Origin: an uncultured delta proteobacterium
GTDB taxonomy: Bacteria; Desulfobacterota; Zymogenia; Zymogenales; Zymogenaceae
NCBI GenBank assembly: GCA_963735595.1
Contig: CAVTLK010000005.1
Location: 768,001-832,000 of the forward strand
Direction: 5' to 3'
DNA length: 64,000 bases
Position 1 is the stretch's first letter, and each line of letters starts with the position of its first letter. A program made the translations under genes and the position numbers. Below the pieces are notes generated by a model, which was not told where the DNA came from, did no database searches, and was given only the letters and a program-made list of their open reading frames with translations. Below, in pieces: positions 62,000-64,000 of this stretch.

Positions 62000-63085
62000 C
62001 TACCGCTTCGGCACCGGTATCCTGCCGACGGCGTCCTCGGAGAGACTCCCCATCAGGAGCGTCCCGTCATACTCCATCACGTTGGTGATCTGCCCGAAGG
62101 TCCCCGTCGGGTCCTGCAGGTTGAAAACGACTGTACCGGACCCGTCGATTCCCAGCACGAACCCGTAGTTCTTCGGTGCGGGCATAAGCGCCGGGGGCAG
62201 CCGACGGATTATCTTCCTCACGAACGGGTGGGGAAAGAGCACGGTATCGGCCAGGGTGTCGCGCGGGGAGACGATAGTCACCCAGAATACCCCGTCCGTA
62301 CCCGTGGCAAGACCGTCGGGGAACCCCGGCAGGTTATCGATCAGGACTTCGGACGTCCCGGTATTTGGGCCGGAGAGGGCGACCTTCAGCACGCGGTACA
62401 TCCCCATCTCGGCCAGCAGCAGGAACGAGTTGTCCGGGGCAACGGCTATCCCGTTGGGGAAGTAGAGACCGTCGAGGACCACCCTCGTCTCTTTGCTGGC
62501 GGGGTCGTAGGCAAGGAGCCTCCCGTTGGGGCGGTGCTCCAGGAGGTCGTCCATGTAGGCGTCGTCGGTGAATTTGCTCGAAACGTCGGAGAAATAAATA
62601 ATTCCGTCCGGGGCGATGCCCATGCCGTCGACGTTCTTGAAGGGGACGCCGCCCGCCTCCGTGGTCAGCACGGCGATCGTGCCGTCCGGTGCGACGGACT
62701 TCAGGCCGTATTGTCCGTTGCAGACGATGAGGTTACCCGCTTTGTCAAAGCCGATACCGAGGGGCCATCCGCCGATCTCGACGAAGACCTCGGGGTTGGC
62801 GCCGTCCTTGTCGTAGCGGATGATCCGGCCGTCTTTTGTGCCGGCATAGATGCGTCCGTCGAGGTCGACCGCCACACCCTCAAGCGCCGACCCGGTGTTA
62901 GATTCCAGTCTTTCCACTTTTGAGAGGAGGTCGTTTGGCTCGTACGGGCCGGAAGGGTCGGTAAGGTCGGGGGCGGCCGGCGGCACGAACGACGTGGGGT
63001 CGATCGGGACCGGCCAGAACAGGAGATAGGCAAAGAGGAGGATCACGACGCCGATAATGGAAAACGCGATGGGATGTTTCTTCAT
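62000..63085 (-). CDS. SMP-30/strictosidine synthase-like beta-propeller hydrolase
   Basis: N-terminal anchor, EGVA, GWPLG, YFSD.S, GRLL.YDP, LYFPNG, LPGFPDG. Confidence 0.88.
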   Translation of the reverse strand: MKKHPIAFSIIGVVILLFAYLLFWPVPIDPTSFVPPAAPDLTDPSGPYEPNDLLSKVERLESNTGSALEGVAVDLDGRIYAGTKDGRIIRYDKDGANPEVFVEIGGWPLGIGFDKAGNLIVCNGQYGLKSVAPDGTIAVLTTEAGGVPFKNVDGMGIAPDGIIYFSDVSSKFTDDAYMDDLLEHRPNGRLLAYDPASKETRVVLDGLYFPNGIAVAPDNSFLLLAEMGMYRVLKVALSGPNTGTSEVLIDNLPGFPDGLATGTDGVFWVTIVSPRDTLADTVLFPHPFVRKIIRRLPPALMPAPKNYGFVLGIDGSGTVVFNLQDPTGTFGQITNVMEYDGTLLMGSLSEDAVGRIPVPKR

Positions 63086-63224
63086 GGGATGACTCCTGAA
63101 ATAGGATAAAGAGCTCCCACGTATTATATATTCGTCGGGCCGGATCGGCAAGGCAAATTACGCCGACCGTCGGAGGGGCGGGCAATGAGTCCGGTCCCTT
63201 TTTTCGCAGGGGAAGGGGTGACCG

Positions 63225-63941
63225 CTACAGCTTATCGGGGTCGGAGACCGTATCCTCGCGCCCGAGGGTCAGCAGGTGCCCGTTATCGGCAAGCCACTTG
63301 CGCGCCTTCTGGTAGCCGGGGTACATCTCCGACACCCGGTCCCAGAACCGCCGGGAATGATTCTGCTCCACAAGGTGGGCCAGCTCGTGAGCGACGACGT
63401 AGTCGATGATCGTAACGGGGGCCATTGCCAGGCGCCAGGAAAAGCTGAGGGTGCCCTGGGAGGACGCCGAGCCCCAGCGGCTCGCGGCCCATGATATATT
63501 GATCTTTGTGTAGGAGATGGAGTAGAGCCGGGCGAAGTATTCGACCCGCGGCGGGATGATTTCGGCGGCCTTTTTGCGGTACCAGACGAAGAAGAGGCGG
63601 CGCGCCTGCCCCTGGTATCGTTTCTTGAGGGTGAACTTGGTCCCCGAAAATGAAAGGTGGGGCATTGCGTTTTCGACGATGAACAGCGGGTACTCCTTGC
63701 CGAGGAGCGGGAAGGCCTCCCCGTTTATGAATTTCCGATCGGGAATCGATTCGAGACGCTCCCGCATGATCCGCTGCTTTTCGGCGATCCACCCCTGCTT
63801 TTCCGATACTATCTTCTCGATGGCCTCGATCGGGGTCTTCTTCGGCGCGCGGACAATGAGGGAGGCGTCGCGGCCGATCTCTATGCCGACGCTCCTGCGG
63901 CTGGAACGAATAATTGTGTCGATCTTGATGACGTTGCTCAT
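63225..63941 (-). CDS. YgjP/DUF45 (SprT-like/M48) zinc-dependent hydrolase
   Basis: RSSRRS, VRAP, RWGS, DYVVAHELAHL..NHS..FW. Confidence 0.9.
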   Translation of the reverse strand: MSNVIKIDTIIRSSRRSVGIEIGRDASLIVRAPKKTPIEAIEKIVSEKQGWIAEKQRIMRERLESIPDRKFINGEAFPLLGKEYPLFIVENAMPHLSFSGTKFTLKKRYQGQARRLFFVWYRKKAAEIIPPRVEYFARLYSISYTKINISWAASRWGSASSQGTLSFSWRLAMAPVTIIDYVVAHELAHLVEQNHSRRFWDRVSEMYPGYQKARKWLADNGHLLTLGREDTVSDPDKL

Positions 63942-64000
63942 ACTCTCTCCATGGGTTTTCGTGCCTTGATGCGGTTCCAATAAAAGAGCGCCACGCCGTT

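Noticed and set aside
63225..63941. YgjP-like gene as part of a type I R-M locus
   Set aside because: No hsd genes are visible in the window and GC is host-like. Upstream context lies outside the window.

Overview
This is a 64 kb chromosomal window from a GC-rich, probably anaerobic bacterium. A Desulfobacterota/'deltaproteobacterial' host is inferred from the PxxKW cysteine-rich protein, the DUF362/acyl-CoA synthetase pair and the Rrf2-ferredoxin-DUF438 cluster. In order, the window holds: a hybrid histidine kinase with a degenerate ATP lid; an 8-gene arsenic/organoarsenical operon (arsR, arsP-type permease, arsE-like, DGC protein, thioredoxin, arsF-like, arsG-like, acr3); an Rrf2 stress operon; a MoxR/VWA pair; an unusual 7-gene amino-sugar operon (AAC(3)-family acetyltransferase, UPF0309/NagS-like SIS protein, mutarotase-like protein, GPH transporter, BadF kinase, ceramidase-like amidase, NagA); a lipid-redox cluster (phytoene-desaturase-family flavoprotein with a 2Fe-2S reductase, FadH, thioesterase, enoyl-CoA hydratase, FabK-like enzyme); assorted hydrolases; a low-GC type III restriction-modification island next to an orphan HicB, REP-like palindromes and a small lipoprotein whose mature part is 62/80 proline; and finally two-component, UroD-family, TetR, SMP-30 and YgjP genes. 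Two long intergenic leaders fold into rod-like RNA structures. About 13 genes carry single-base frameshifts, which I read mostly as assembly/read errors rather than true pseudogenes. I saw no rRNA, tRNA, CRISPR array, integrase or transposase. All family calls come from motif recognition by eye; no database was searched.
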